Assembly: GCF_030028105.1 (NCBI RefSeq)
Contig: NC_092384.1
Coordinates: 3,577,665-3,641,664 of the forward strand
Length of the DNA stretch: 64,000 bases
Direction of reading: 5' to 3'
Source: Mobula birostris
Lineage: Eukaryota
This document shows, one piece after another, positions 25,355-38,329 of the stretch; within the stretch, counting starts at the first letter, position 1; each line of letters begins with the position of its first letter. The notes under the pieces are model-generated. The model was not told the DNA's origin. It saw only the letters and a program-made list of their open reading frames with translations, and did no database searches. The position numbers were made by a program, and so were the translations under genes.

Positions 25355-26345
25355 TCAGAATCAGAATCAGGACTAAAATCATCGGCGGGATACGTCGTGA
25401 TATTTATTAACGTACCGGCAGCAGTACAATATAAAGCAAATAAAACATAATAATATAGGAAAAAGAGAAAATCAGCAAAATCATTTAAAGTTGTTGTTCA
25501 GTGGTGAAGTACTTAAGTCGAGTCCGACTCTTCGTGACAGCGTGGACCATAGGGTATACAGGGTATTCATGGCAGTTATGGAAGTAGATGGCCGAGCATT
25601 TGTTCTCTGCAGACACTGCTTCTGTCCAGGCTAGGACCCGGCTGGGTTTGAACTCAGAACAATCCGGCCTTGGAGTCCAGTGCTGATGTCAGTAAGGTAG
25701 TGTTTATAGGGTCGTTATCCATGAGAGATCGGATAGCAGAGAGGAAGAAAGATCTCTTTAAATCGCTGAGTGTGTGTCTTCAGGCTTTCACACCTGCTTC
25801 CTTAAGGTTATAATGAGAAGAGGACATGACTTGGGTAATGGAAGTCCTTAATGATGAAGGCAGTCCTCCAGAGACACTGCTCCTTGAAGATGTCTTGGAT
25901 ACTATGGATGCTAGCACCCATGATAGAACTGACTCATTTATAACTTACTGTAGCTTCTTTCGATCTAGTACAGTAGTCGCTCCCCAGCATGCCAGACGGT
26001 GATGCAACCTGTCAAAATGCTCTTCTGGTACATCCCTAGACGTTTCCGAGGGTCTTAGGTGACAAACCAAATCTCCTCAAACTTCCAAAAAAATATAGCC
26101 ACTAACTTGCCCACATTATAGCAACGTCGATTTGTTAGGACCAGGTTAGTTCCCCAGAGATATTGACACCCAGGAACTTGAAATTGCCCTCTCTCTCCAA
26201 ATTTGAGGATTGATTTATGATCCCTCCTCCTACTGTTTCTGAAGACCTCGGTCAACTTTCTCGTCTTACTGCGTTGAGTGAAAGGTCGTTGCTGCAACTC
26301 CACTCAGCTGGCTAATATCGCTCTCTGCTGTACGCCCTCCCCTTT
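25355..26345 (-). mobile_element. Decayed L2-like LINE 3' portion, interrupted by a SINE
   Basis: Antisense (ATTCTG)n tail (aatcagaatcagaatcag) followed by typical antisense L2 body. Confidence 0.6.
25490..25690 (-). mobile_element. tRNA-derived SINE with an RTE-LINE-type 3' end and (CAA)n tail
   Basis: Minus strand has B-box gagttcaaaccc (25644-25655) and ends gtcacgaagagtcggactcgactt...gaacaacaac, resembling RTE/BovB 3' termini. Confidence 0.65.
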
Positions 26346-26829
26346 CCATCTGAGATTCTGCAACAATTGTTGTATCATTGCCAAATTTATTGCTGACATT
26401 TTAGCTATGCCTAGCTACATAGCCATGGATATAGAGAGAGTAGATAAGTGGTCTAAGGGCACATTCCAGAGATGCGCCAGTGTTGGTCCTCAGTGAGGTA
26501 CAGAGACCCATGGCTTATCAATCAGACTGAAAGAATGATGGTGATAAAGGCTGGAGTCAACGAACTGCAGTCAGCATCGTGAGCGCGTATTGGTATTGTC
26601 CTGGTGATCTAAGGCCGTCTGAAAAGCCGCTGATTTTGGTTCTAGTCCTGTGAGCTACCATATCTTCTGCCGTACATTCTGATTCTGAAAAAAATACACA
26701 GCAGCGTGCACTGTATGAATTCCTCCGTCAATAACTATTAGGAACCACAAGACGGTTTTAGTGGTATTGACCGTGTTCTAGTTTGTTCTCTGTTTTATTT
26801 AAAAACACAGTTTATTACTTAGTTTAGAA

Positions 26830-27062
26830 TGCTAAATCTGTTCAATTCTCTGCCCAGTGAAGCAGTGGAGGCTACCTCAGTTAATATATTTAAGAGAAGG
26901 TTGGATAAAAGTTTTGTATAGTAGGGAAATTAACGATTACGGAGAAAAGGCAGATAGGTATGGAGATGAGTCCATTACCAGATCAGCCGTGATCTTATTG
27001 AATGACGGAGCAGGATCTAGGGGCCAGATGGCCTTCTTCTGCTCCTATTTCTTATGTTCTTA
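26830..27062 (+). mobile_element. CR1 3' end fragment
   Basis: aattctctgcccagtgaagcagtggaggc...ctgctcctatttcttatgttctta tail. Confidence 0.8.
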
Positions 27063-28809
27063 AGTAATCAGTTAAACAGTAGAACATGTAAAAATAAAAC
27101 AGTGATTTTAATAATTATAAATATATGAAAGATTTCATGACATTTTGCGAGTTTCAGTTGTGAAAGCGGTACAGCATATAATATAAGTTTGTCTTGGAGG
27201 CAGGGATCGGTAAAATAAATGGCAGTAAGTTTGCTCACGATGGAAGACAGAACACTTTAAATCACACAATTGAGCATTGTACACATAATCAATGCAACGT
27301 CTAACAAAAGATTGTTCCAAAGTATGTAAAAAACAGAAATACCTGTTAAATTCAGAATTCCTAAACATTTAACGGTTGTAACCCTCCTTGGGATGATATG
27401 TCCTTGTTATACATTTCGAAGCTGTCACTGGGAAATTTATAATTTATTTTGCTCAGCAGTGAAACCCGCAATTTCTGGTCATCATTGTCATTACAGTACT
27501 GGAAGCAACCTTTATTTAATTATGTGCCCTCTTTTCACCTTATGTCTGCATTACTACATCAAGCTAGTTGGAAAATCGCTACAGCAATATGTTCCCCCAG
27601 AAAAGACGGCATTTTCCTTTTTTGTTCCAATATTATTTTCCAGTCTTTCCCGCAGGTTAACGATGTTACTCTGAAAAAAAAAAATCCTTCTTTATATTCC
27701 GTTCTGAACGTCAGGGAGTTTTCATCATTTTGTCATAACTTGCTGCAGCCTCAGAGACAAATCAAAAACACGTAGCGTCCAAAACATTACACAAATAATG
27801 ATCTGTAACATTTCAAAATAAATATTTCACCAGATTCATTTGAAATAAGGGCAAAGGGTATAATATCTTTGGCAGATTTGCTTTATAAATTCTGTCCTGA
27901 TCACAAGAGAATTAAAGATTTTAGCTTTATTGTTTCACTCTTACTGCAATTCCTGCTTATTATATTCCTCCTGTTACTTATTATTTTTCATTCCCCTGCT
28001 TGCCCCTCATTCCAGCATGGTCCAACATGCTGACTTCCACAATCACGCGTTCTCGATCCTCTGCGCCCATCAAACATTTTTTTTGTTTATTCCTTTACCT
28101 GCTGCAATGCTATTTATTCCGGAAATATACGTTTACTGCAACTTCTGGAGCTATGCAAAGCCTCTGATGAATATCTTCCACAGAACATCTAGGTATGCAG
28201 ATTCAGGATGTTTACCAGACATCCGGGTAGGATCGCTGAATTATTTCCCCGGAACGATGGTCTTGTGGTTTACAGTGGGTGGACACCATTTTTTTTTCTT
28301 GAATTGGAAGCCTTTGCTCTACATAGGCTTGGGTTGTATTTATGACGAAATATCACTGAATATTTTGAGATTTCGTCAAAAAACAATCTTTCAGGCCTCT
28401 AGCAAAGTTTCCCGCAACCCTTTGTTTCAAACAAAGCAAGCACATGGGTGACGGTGTGTTATGCTCAGGCTACACAGAACTTTCAGCGGGTTTAGAGAAT
28501 TAGAACATAGGGGTAAATAAGTGTTAAATAAGTAGTCGTAATATTGTGTTAAATGAGTAGTAATTTACTCTGACACAACCAAATAGAGGGGTCGAGTGTT
28601 TCGTCACTAGTGAGGGGTTACAAGGTTTTGGTAGTCACTGAGTTCTGTTCTTGTCTGTGAATGTTACACCTGAACCCCGTCCGGTGAGGAAAACCGCATA
28701 CTGTCAGACAGCAGCAAAATGAATGACGGAAGAAACAGTTTATTAAGGAAATAATGAAATCCAAACATTATAAATTACAATACCTGATATTCCAACACCT
28801 TAAATTTAC

Positions 28810-31800
28810 AGATGTAAGTTAAAGTGTATAAATCTGAGGTTATCTACTTTGGTGGCAAAAACAGAAAAACAGATTATTATCTGAATGGTGGCCGATTAGG
28901 AAAGGGGGAGGTGCAACGAGACGTGGGTGTCATTATACACCAGTCATTGAAAGTGAGCATGCAGGTACAGCAGGCGTTGAAAAAGGCGAATGGTATGCTG
29001 ACATTCATTGCAACAGGATTCAAGTACAGCAGCAGGGAGGTACCACTGCAGTTGTCAAGGCCTCGGTAAGACAACACCTGAAGCATCAGGAACAAAGGTG
29101 ATGAACTGAGAGCTTCGATACATACATGGAATTATGATGTAGTGGCCATTACGGAGACTTGGCTGGCACCAGGGCAGGAATGGATTCTCAATATTCCTGG
29201 ATTTCAGTGCTTTAAAAGGGATAGAGAGGGCGGAAAAAGGGGAGAAGGGGTCGCATTACTTGTCAGGGATACTATTACAGCTACAGAAAGGGTGGGTAAT
29301 GTAGCAGGATCCTCTTTTGAGTCAATATGGGTGGAAGTCAGGAACAGGAAGGGCGCAGTTACTCTACTAGGGGTATTCTATAGGCTCCCTGGTAGCAGCA
29401 GAGATACAGATGAGCAGATTGGGAGGCAGATTTTGGAAAGGTGCAAAAATAACACGATTTTTACCATGGGTGACTTTAACTTCCCTAATATTGATTGGCA
29501 CCTGATTAGTTCCAAGTGTTTAGATGGGGCAGAGTTTGTTAAGTGTGTCCAGGACGGATTCCTGTCACAGTATGTGGACAGGCCGACCAGGGGAAATGCC
29601 ATAATAGATCTAGTACTAGTTCATGAACCGGGTCAGGTCACAGATCTCTCAGTGGGTGACCATCTGGGGGACAGTGACCACCGATCCCTGGCCTTTATAA
29701 TTATCATGGAAAAGGATAGAATCAAAGAGGACAGGAATATTTTTAATTGGGGAAAGGCAAATTATGAGGCTATAAAGCTACAACTTGCGGGTGTGAATTG
29801 GGATGATATTTTTGCAGGGAAATGTACTATGGGCACGTGGTCGATGTTTAGCGCTCTTTTGCGGGATGTAAGGGATAAATTTGTCCCGGTGAGGAAGATA
29901 AAGAATGGTAGGGTGAAGGAACCATGGGTGACAAGTGAGGTGGAAAATCTAATCAGGAGGAAGAAGGCAGCATACATGAGGAATAGGAAGCAAGGATCAG
30001 CTGGGTCTATTGATGAATATAGGGAAGCAAGAAAGAAGCTTAAGAAGGGGCTGAGAAGAGCAAGAAGTGGGCATGAGAAGGCCCTGGCGAGTAGGGTAAA
30101 GGAAAACCCCAAGGCATTCTTCAATTACGTGAAGAAAAAAAGGATGACAGGAGTTAAGGTAGGACCGATTAGAGATAAAGGTGGGAAGATGTGCCTGGAG
30201 GCTGTGGAAGTGAGCGAGGTCCTCAACGAATACTTCTCTTCGCTATTTACCAATGAGAGGGAACGTGATGATGGTGAGGACAATATGAGTGAGGTTGATG
30301 TTCTGGAGCATGCTGATATTAAGGGAGAGGAGGTGTTGGAGTTGTTAAAATACATTAGGACAGATAAGTCCCCGGGGCCTGACGTAATATTCCTCAGGCT
30401 GCTCCACGAGGCGAGAGAAGAGATTGCTGAGCCTCTGGGTAGGATCTTTATGTCCTCGTTGTCCACGGGAATGGTACCGGAGGATTGGAAGGAGGCGAAT
30501 GTTGTTCCCTTGTTCAAAAAAGGTAGTAGGGATCGTCCGGGTAATTATAGACCAGTGAGCCTTACGTCTGTGGTGGGATAGCTGTTGGAAAAGATTCTTA
30601 GAGATAGGATCTATAGGCATTTAGTGAATCATATTCTGATCAGGGACAGTCAGCATGGCTTTGTGAAGGGCAGATCGTGTCTAACAAGCCTGGTAGAGTT
30701 CTTTGAGGAGGTGACAAGGCCTATAACTGAGGGTAGTGCAGTGGAGGTGATCTATATGGATTTTAGTAAGGCATTTGACTAGGTTCCACACGGTAGGCTT
30801 ATTCAGAAAGTTAGAAGGCATGGGATCCAGGGAATTTCGTTCAGGTGGATTCAGAATTGGCTTGCCTGCAGAAGGCAGAGGATGGTGGGGGAGGGAGTAC
30901 ATTCAGATTGGAGGATTGTGACTAGTGGTGTTCCACAAGGATCTGTTCTGGGACCTCTAATTTTCGTAATTTTTATTAGCGACCTGGATGTGGGGGTAGA
31001 AGGATGGGTTGACAAGATTGCAGACGACACAAAGGTTGGTGGTGTTGTAGATAGTGTAGAGGATTGTCAAATATTGCAGAGAGACATTGATAGGATGCAG
31101 AAGTGGGCTGAGAAGTGGCAGATGGAGTTCAACCCGGAGAAGTGTGAGGTGGTACACTTTGGAAGGACAAACTCCAAGGCAGAATACAAAGTAAATGGCA
31201 GGATACTTGGTAGTGTGGAGGAGCAGAGGGATCTCGGGGTACATTTCCACAGATCCCTGAAAGTTGCCTCACAGGTGGATAGGGTAGTTAAGAAAGCTTA
31301 TTGTGTGTTAGCTTTCATAAGTCGAGGGATAGAGCTTAAGAGTCGCGATGTAATGATGCAGCTCTATAAAACTCTGGTTAGGCCATACTTGGAGCATTGT
31401 GTCCAGTTCTGGTCACCTCACTATAGGAAAGATATGGAAGAATTGGAAAGGGTACAGAGGAGATTTACCAGGATGCTGCCTGGTTTAGAAAGTATGCATT
31501 ATGATCAGAGATTAAGGGAGCAAGGGCTTTACTCTTTGGAGAGAAGGAGGATGAGAGGAGACATGATAGAGGGGTACACAATAATAAGAGGAATAGATAG
31601 AGTGGACAGCCAGCGCCTCTTCCCCAGGGCACCGCTGCTCTATACAAGAGGACATGGCTTTAAAGTAAGGGGTGGGAAGTCCAAGGGGGATATTAGAGGA
31701 AGTTGTTTTACTCAGAGAGTGGTTGGTTCGTGGAATGCACTGCCTGAATCTGTGGTGGAGGCAGATACACTGGTGAAGTTTGGGAGACTGCTAGACAGGT

Positions 31801-32475
31801 ATATGGAGGAATGTAAGTTTGGGGCTTATATGGGAGGCAGGGTTTGAGGGTCGGCACAACATTGTGGGCCGAAGGGCCTGTATATGTGCTGTACTATTCT
31901 ATGTTCTATGTTCTATGTACTGTGTGCAGTTTTGGTCCCCTAATCTGAGGAAAGTCATTCTTGCCATAGAAGCAGTACAAATAACGTTCACCAGATTGAT
32001 TCCTTGTATGGCAGGACTTTCATATGATGAAAGACTGGATCGACTAGGCTTATACTCGCTGGAATTTAGAAGATTGAGGGGGGTTCCTATTGAAACGTAC
32101 AAAATCATAAAGTGATTGGACACGCTAGATTCAGGAAGATTGTTTCCGATGTTGGGGAAGTCCAGAACGACGGGTCACAGTTTAAGGATAAAGGGAAAGC
32201 CTTTTAGGACAGAGATGAGGAAAAACATCTTCACACAGAGAGTGGTGAATCTATGGAATTCTCTGCGACAGGAAACATTTGAGGCCAGTTCATTGGCTAT
32301 ATTTAGTAGGGAGTTAGATATGGCCCTTGTGAGGAAAGGGATCGGGGTATGGAGAGAAGGCAGGTACAGGGTTCTGAGTTGGATGATCAGTCATGACCAT
32401 ACTGAATGGCGGTGCAGGCTGTAAGGCCCGAATGGCCTACTCCTGCAACTATTTTCTATGTTTCTATGTTTCTAT
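28810..32475 (+). mobile_element. CR1 family A 3' fragment (28810-29081 and 31918-32475), split by a nested CR1
   Basis: The sequence encoding RPHLEYCVQFWSP is broken at cacctgaagca|...|gtactgtgtgcag and resumes after the insert's tail. Confidence 0.88.
29082..31917 (+). mobile_element. Near full-length CR1 family B ORF2 (AP endonuclease plus RT) with two nonsense mutations
   Basis: ORFs 29142-30581, 30585-30782 and 30882-31847 are in one frame, separated by TAG at 30579-30581 and 30780-30782. APE motifs AITETWL, GDFNFP and SDH; RT motifs [20 protein letters not shown] and ADDTK; (TTCTATG)n tail. Confidence 0.95.
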
Positions 32476-33099
32476 TCCATGGCATTATTAAAAGAATGAC
32501 ATTAAATGTCGCTAAATACCCTACACCGGAACAATCTCACTACGCTGTGCTTTGATCATTAACTTTATTGACGTAGTAATTTATTCTTGTTATAAGCAAC
32601 TGACAACTGTATGTTTACTTTGAAACGATTCGCGTCGTAACGAGCTTAGGACAATGTCCAATTACAATCACTTCTTTCCTGTTGTTGCTGAATCCGACCT
32701 AGCTAAATGAACGCCTGTGCTTCTTCTTAAATCGGGTATTTTTCGTCTTCATAACCAGATCTAGAGAAACCCTGTCATGGAAAGCAGGAGGGTTGGGCAT
32801 GAAATAATACTTACGTTTTTTTGGCTCATTTTCATACATCTCTGTTTTGTTTCATTTCCCATTGCCAAGCATGATCACTTTCCTCTCCAAGCCGATTTAA
32901 CAAAATGATATCTCCCCGGCGACAAAGTCATGGTACATTTCACCTTCCAACTTGAAACTGAAGATGCAGATCGGCCATAATCTTTCAGTGTGTTAGAAAA
33001 AAAATGTTGTTTTTCTTGCATGTTGACAGACAGGAGGGAACTACAGGAAACCAATTAACCGCTGAAATTGTAGGGTTATTAAAATGCACAAAATTAGTT

Positions 33100-33830
33100 T
33101 GAATTTTTTTTGACACGAGTCATAGATTTATACAACCTAGACGGACACTTCTCAACCCAAATCTGACATGCCGAACAAACCCCAATATCCCTGAACACAT
33201 TTTTTTTCTATTCATGCGCATGTCTGAATGTTTCTTTTTCTTTGGCATTATCATTTTATCCCGCTTCCTCAACTTCCTCGTGCATGTCATTTCATGTACC
33301 TACTGCCAAGTGTGCAGAAAAAAATACCTTTTAGGTTCAATTTAAACCTATGCCCATTCATTTTAAATCCATCCCTCCAGTTGCAAACACCGAGAATCTG
33401 GGAAGAAGACTTTGACTATCCACATTATCTTGGTCCTTATAACTTTATAAGCATCTATCAGAGCACTCTTCGACCTCCTTCTCTGCTGACAAAGAGTCGT
33501 AGATTCTCCAAGTAAATGAAATCCTGCAGAGCCAGTGCTGCACGCACTCATTCCAGATTAATGACATTTATGCTGTGGCTAGGTGAAGGGAACCATGGAC
33601 AATACCCCAAGTATGTTCTCGCCAACGACTTGTGCAATTTCAGCCTGACGTCTCAATTCCTGACCAACGCAGGCAGGAATATCAAACTGCCTTCTTCGCC
33701 ACATTTCCCAACTGTGAAACTACTTTAAGGGATTATGCACGTACGGTACTAGGGTTCAGTTTATGTCAACCCTCTCTATGGAACTCCCAATTATTGTTTA
33801 AGCGTTGTTCTAGTTTAATGTAGAAAATAG
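33100..33830 (-). mobile_element. Old CR1 3' remnant
   Basis: Antisense of CR1 C-terminal region, heavily decayed. Confidence 0.6.
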
Positions 33831-35516
33831 AGCACATCGCTATACGATATTTTTTCGTATTGCAAACAGGTTTGTTCCGGGTAAACATGTTGGAATTAGC
33901 AGTCTTAATGCGACACCGATTAGAGCATTGTTGGATAACCAATTGTATGTGTGATGAATTCTGAGAGATTTAATTATTGTCCTTATAGGAATTTGATTAG
34001 TTGACATTTCAATGCCCGTCGATTATACAGAATGCTGTTGTGCCGCACTAATTTCAACTAACAATTGCAACACGCCCAAGTTCCATGTCCCCTCCATATA
34101 TACTGATTTCCACTTCCAGTCCATTCAGATGGATATCATTATTCCATCCTCTCTAAATAGTAACATTTTATTAAGCGAGTTACAGAACAGTTGATACAAC
34201 ACTTATTCCTGATTTAAAAGTGGATTTTTTATTTCTGCTTATAAAACGATCTCTTTTTCTCACTAAACCTAGTGTAGGATTTACACTCTGTACAAGAAGG
34301 AGATTTGTTCTCACAAAAGCTTCTTGGGTTTTTCTATTGCTGATGAATTACATTCTGAATTGAACGTTCTTTCCTTAAATTGTTTTTGATAGCAACACAA
34401 TCAATGGTATTATAAATTACTCACTGCATCATTTTGCATCACTGCGTCAGTAATCAAAATCTCGCACGTCCTTCTGCACTGTAAGATTTTGGCCGTTAAT
34501 CATACTAGATAGTGTAGACCACCTTGCGTTCAAAACCTCCTTCCCTTAAGTTACTCTTCCCGCTTTGTTTTGACTCAATCTCGCCCACCTGATTGGTTCT
34601 ATGGAACCAATACCAATCCGAGATGTGGAACTGCTATCTGCAGTGAAGGTCCCAAATTCAAGATTCAAGATTGCTTCATGTAATTTCCTGTACACAAGTA
34701 TAAAGGAGAATGAAATAATTATTAGGCAGGATCCGATACAATACAAGTAAACACTTGATAACAACACAATTAGATTAAAACTCACGATAAATTTAATTGC
34801 ATACGTTAGCTAAAATAGGTCCTCTGTACCTTCAAATTATTTTTATATGCAACACTCTGTAAGGTAATTGACGTGACTAAAAGTGTATATATTTTCAGTC
34901 GGTATGAAGAGTCGATGGAAGATATAATGGGATTCAAACTGAATTCAGTATTTGCAAAAATAAGTCATTTGCTTGTGTAATATGTAGTGAGATTCTGTTG
35001 TTTCGGCGTATAACCATTACGACATATAAAACATGAGAAGAATTACGAGGACCTAATCGAAATGCTTTACAGCACAACGCATTATAGATCGTGCAGAACG
35101 TTCTCACAATGCAAATCCAATCATTTATAAAATGTTGATTTAAGATTAGACAAATTTACAAAAAAAAAACAAACTAATCTTATTGCAGCTTTTTGCATGT
35201 GGAATAAGGAGAAATAAATAGTGGTCACGGAGTTAAAGAGTAACACGGAAAGGTTTTATGTAATTTCTCCGTGATACGTTCACCTGAGTTGAAAGTGTTC
35301 TATTCAATGAAAAAAAAACAACTAACGAAGATGTATATCGCCGCATAAAACGTCATGCAGAAATGTTTAACCTGCTTGATTTGGGATTAATGTTTTCAAG
35401 TTAAATTCAGATTAACGTTCCAGGTTGTGAAGAGTACTTTTCTGTCGGCGATTATTTTCTCGAATAAATGCGCGCTTAGAGATTCTAGCTCTCTTCTTTT
35501 TTTAAATCATTTGCAG

Positions 35517-35794
35517 TTCCGTCGGCTCCGTTGAAAATCACCGAAGTAAACGCTCCTTCCGTGACTCTGACGTGCACAACTGCTGCTTTTTTCCCAAGGA
35601 CTATGAGCTCATATGGTATAAAAATGAAATCAAAATCACTTCAGGAATGCATACCACACGAATGCAGAACGAGGAGGGATTATATCTCGTTTCAAGCTCC
35701 CTCAATGTAACAGAAAGCGGGTATGTTTATACTTGCCAGGTGTTCCATGAATCTATGAAGGAGCCAGCTTCCGAGTCATATAGAATCATATTGG
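35517..35794 (+). pseudogene. Exon 3: C1-set Ig domain with a 1-nt deletion and a non-canonical donor
   Basis: Strong acceptor ctcttctttttttaaatcatttgcag. VPSAPLKITEVNAPSVTLTCTTAAF then shifts frame at T6C3 (35587-35595) into PKDYELIWYKN...YTCQVFHES. Length is 278 nt instead of 279; the expected donor reads TTG G|GGAGGC. Confidence 0.85.
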
Positions 35795-36996
35795 GGAGGC
35801 TTATATTCTTAACCACATGTTTTATGTCTGGTATTTATCAATTCCTCACAAACAGTGATGAAGCGAGCATATTCAAAGGGGGAAAGCGAAATGTAAGGCA
35901 TTGGCTATACAAAGAAGAGTTAGATATCATATTATACTGCTGCTGTTTCCTGCTTCAAGGAATAATATGCAAAAATAAATGGCGTAACTCCTTGTCTTTT
36001 GCAGATCCTGTTTTTTCTAAATCCCTGTTATCAGCAATGCAGACTTGCCCTTTTATGTAATTTTATCTGATCTCAACTTTGCACGATCAGATTCACTGAA
36101 TTTTCTCATCACTTAATTACATGACCTGAAATTTGTTGTTGTTTGACAGCAGTACAATGCAGTCATCGACCTACTAGAAGTTACATAGATAAATCAGTAG
36201 TACAAAAATGTTCCCGTAAGGAAACAGAATGTTTCATAATCGGTGTGTGGGGGTCTTCAGTTATCTTCTCCACGACTGAGCAAAGTGAAGAATGCATGCA
36301 GTTTCGACTGCATCTCTAACAGAAATAGACTTTCCTGGATTCTCTCTAACGCGTCACAATCTTACTCTAATTGAACACAATATCACAATATCCCAGACCA
36401 TAGTTCAATAAAAATGCGGCATGACTTCACTTCTTTCAGATTCCACATTTGTGCCGACGAATGGCATAAGCCTTACTAGCATCTTCGCAACCTGCCCTGA
36501 CATGATACTATAAATAAATGTAAGCTGCTTTTCCCTTCATCTGGTTTAAAACAACATATTGATATCCCTAATTCTGCACACCAAGCTGCTACACCTTATA
36601 TTAGCCTACCTGCCTATTATATCAGAGTTTTTATCTGCTAAATTTTGCCGGCACAATTCACAACTCGACCAAGAAATTCCGTTTTGCATCATCATATTCT
36701 TTGACCTGAGTTCGCTTGTGTATGTTTGCCAGCCCTCGCTTCAATCCATGCCTTATCAGCTTACTCAAGAGTACAGAATTACTGATGAAAATAAGCTGAA
36801 TTAAATATTGATATAGTTACTTATTAATGTCCTACGCATAATCCACGTTTTATTTCAATTTGCGATTTACTACGAAGGCAATGTGGTCAAGATGCGAGAG
36901 GAAGTACGGATCGGATTCTTTACGTCCGCAGTACACGTGATTCAATTGTTTAATCTCCGTAAAACGCTAATATTTGACTTCTATTGCACACCTCAG

Positions 36997-37098
36997 AAAG
37001 CAGATACCAGTTCATCTTAATCCTGACGGGTGCACTTGCAGCATGCGGAGTCATTATCCTAGCGCTGTTGTTACTTATCAGGCGTTGCAGAGTAGACG
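36997..37098 (+). CDS. Exon 4: transmembrane segment ESRYQFILILTGALAACGVIILALLLLIRRCRVD
   Basis: Acceptor cttctattgcacacctcag, donor G|GTAAAT, phase 1-1; 22-residue uncharged hydrophobic stretch followed by RRCR. Confidence 0.9.
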
Positions 37099-37580
37099 GT
37101 AAATCGTTACATTGCCTTGGTCCATATTTAGTTTCACTAGCATACTGGAGTTGAAATGGCAGTGAGAAGGATAAAACATTCATGTTAAAATATAGGTTTA
37201 AGTAGATATGCTTGAGAGTCTATCTGACAGCTGAATGCTGTGTGCAGAACAAGATTTAAAACGCATTTTACTCGATGTTACTAAATTATGTAACAACTAA
37301 AAAAAATATTGTTAACTCTGCAACTAGTGTTACAAATTTAGAATGTTTGTTGCGCAGGAGAACACATGCAAGCCACAGAGTTTGAACATTTCTACGCATA
37401 CACTAGGTCAATTTTTATCATCAGTAATATAATCTTTGGGTGGTTTGATAAAATGACAAGAATTGCATCAGATCACTGGCCTATTTCGAACCGATCTGGT
37501 TGCTTTTGGAATATTCAATAACATTCGGTGCAGCAGTTCACAAGCTGAGGATGAAATTGGTCACTTTTTATTTCCTCCAG

Positions 37581-37627
37581 TTGTAGCCGAAAATGATGAG
37601 AACTTAAGTCGCTACCTGGAAAATCAG
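37581..37627 (+). CDS. Exon 5: short cytoplasmic exon VVAENDENLSRYLENQ
   Basis: Acceptor tttttatttcctccag, donor CAG|GTAAGA, phase 1-0. Confidence 0.8.
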
Positions 37628-37666
37628 GTAAGATTAATATTATTATGACATATATAGGGGTTTATA

Positions 37667-38190
37667 TATAGTCATAGTCATACTTTATTGATCCCGGGGG
37701 AAATTGGTTTTCGTTACAGTTGCACCATAAATAATAAATAGTAATGGACCCATAAATAGTTAAACAGTAATATGTAATTTATGCCAGTAAATTAAGAAAT
37801 AAGTCCAGGACCAGCCTATTGGCTCAGGGTGTCTGACCCTCCAAGGGAGGAGTTGTAAATTTTGCTGGCCACAGGCAGGAATGACTTCCTATGACGCTCA
37901 GTGCTGCATCTCGGTGGAATGAGTCACTGGCTGAATGTACTCCTGTGCCCATCCAGTACATTATGTAGTGGATAGGAGACATTGACCACGATGGTATGGA
38001 ACTTAGACAGCATCCTGCTTTCAGACACCACCGTGAGAGAGTCCAGTTCCATCCCCACAACATCACTGGCCTTACGAATGAGTTTCTTGATTCTGTTGGT
38101 GTCTGCTACCCGCAGCCAGCTGCCCCAGCGCACAACAGCAACAAATGATAGCACTGGACACCACAGACTCGTAGAATATTCGCAGCATAT
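37667..38190 (-). mobile_element. L2-like LINE 3' fragment with (ATGACT)n tail, in intron 5
   Basis: catagtcatagtcatactttattgatcccggg antisense tail; minus-strand ORF piece RVADTNRIKKLIRKASDVVG. Confidence 0.7.
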
Positions 38191-38329
38191 GTTGCACATA
38201 CACCCATTATCAGGAGCACATAATTAGAGCAACAGAATGACTGTCACTTTGTATGTAACACCTTATGTTCCAGAATAGCAGTGCTCATTTTTGTTCTGTA
38301 TCTCTGACTTACGTTGTGCAGCATCTTCA

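Noticed and set aside
27930-28451. 173-aa ORF in intron 2, considered as an extra exon or gene
   Set aside because: Low-complexity F/L/Y-rich translation of AT-rich DNA; no Ig or other motif; no convincing phase-compatible splice sites.
24697-35516. A second C1 exon (as in V-C1-C1 SIRPs) within the 10.8-kb intron
   Set aside because: Manual reading of the non-repeat stretches found no C...W...YxCxVxH exon; a very decayed one cannot be excluded.
35572-36060. 162-aa ORF taken as a stand-alone gene
   Set aside because: It is the post-frameshift part of the C1 exon running into intron 3; it starts at an internal GTG.
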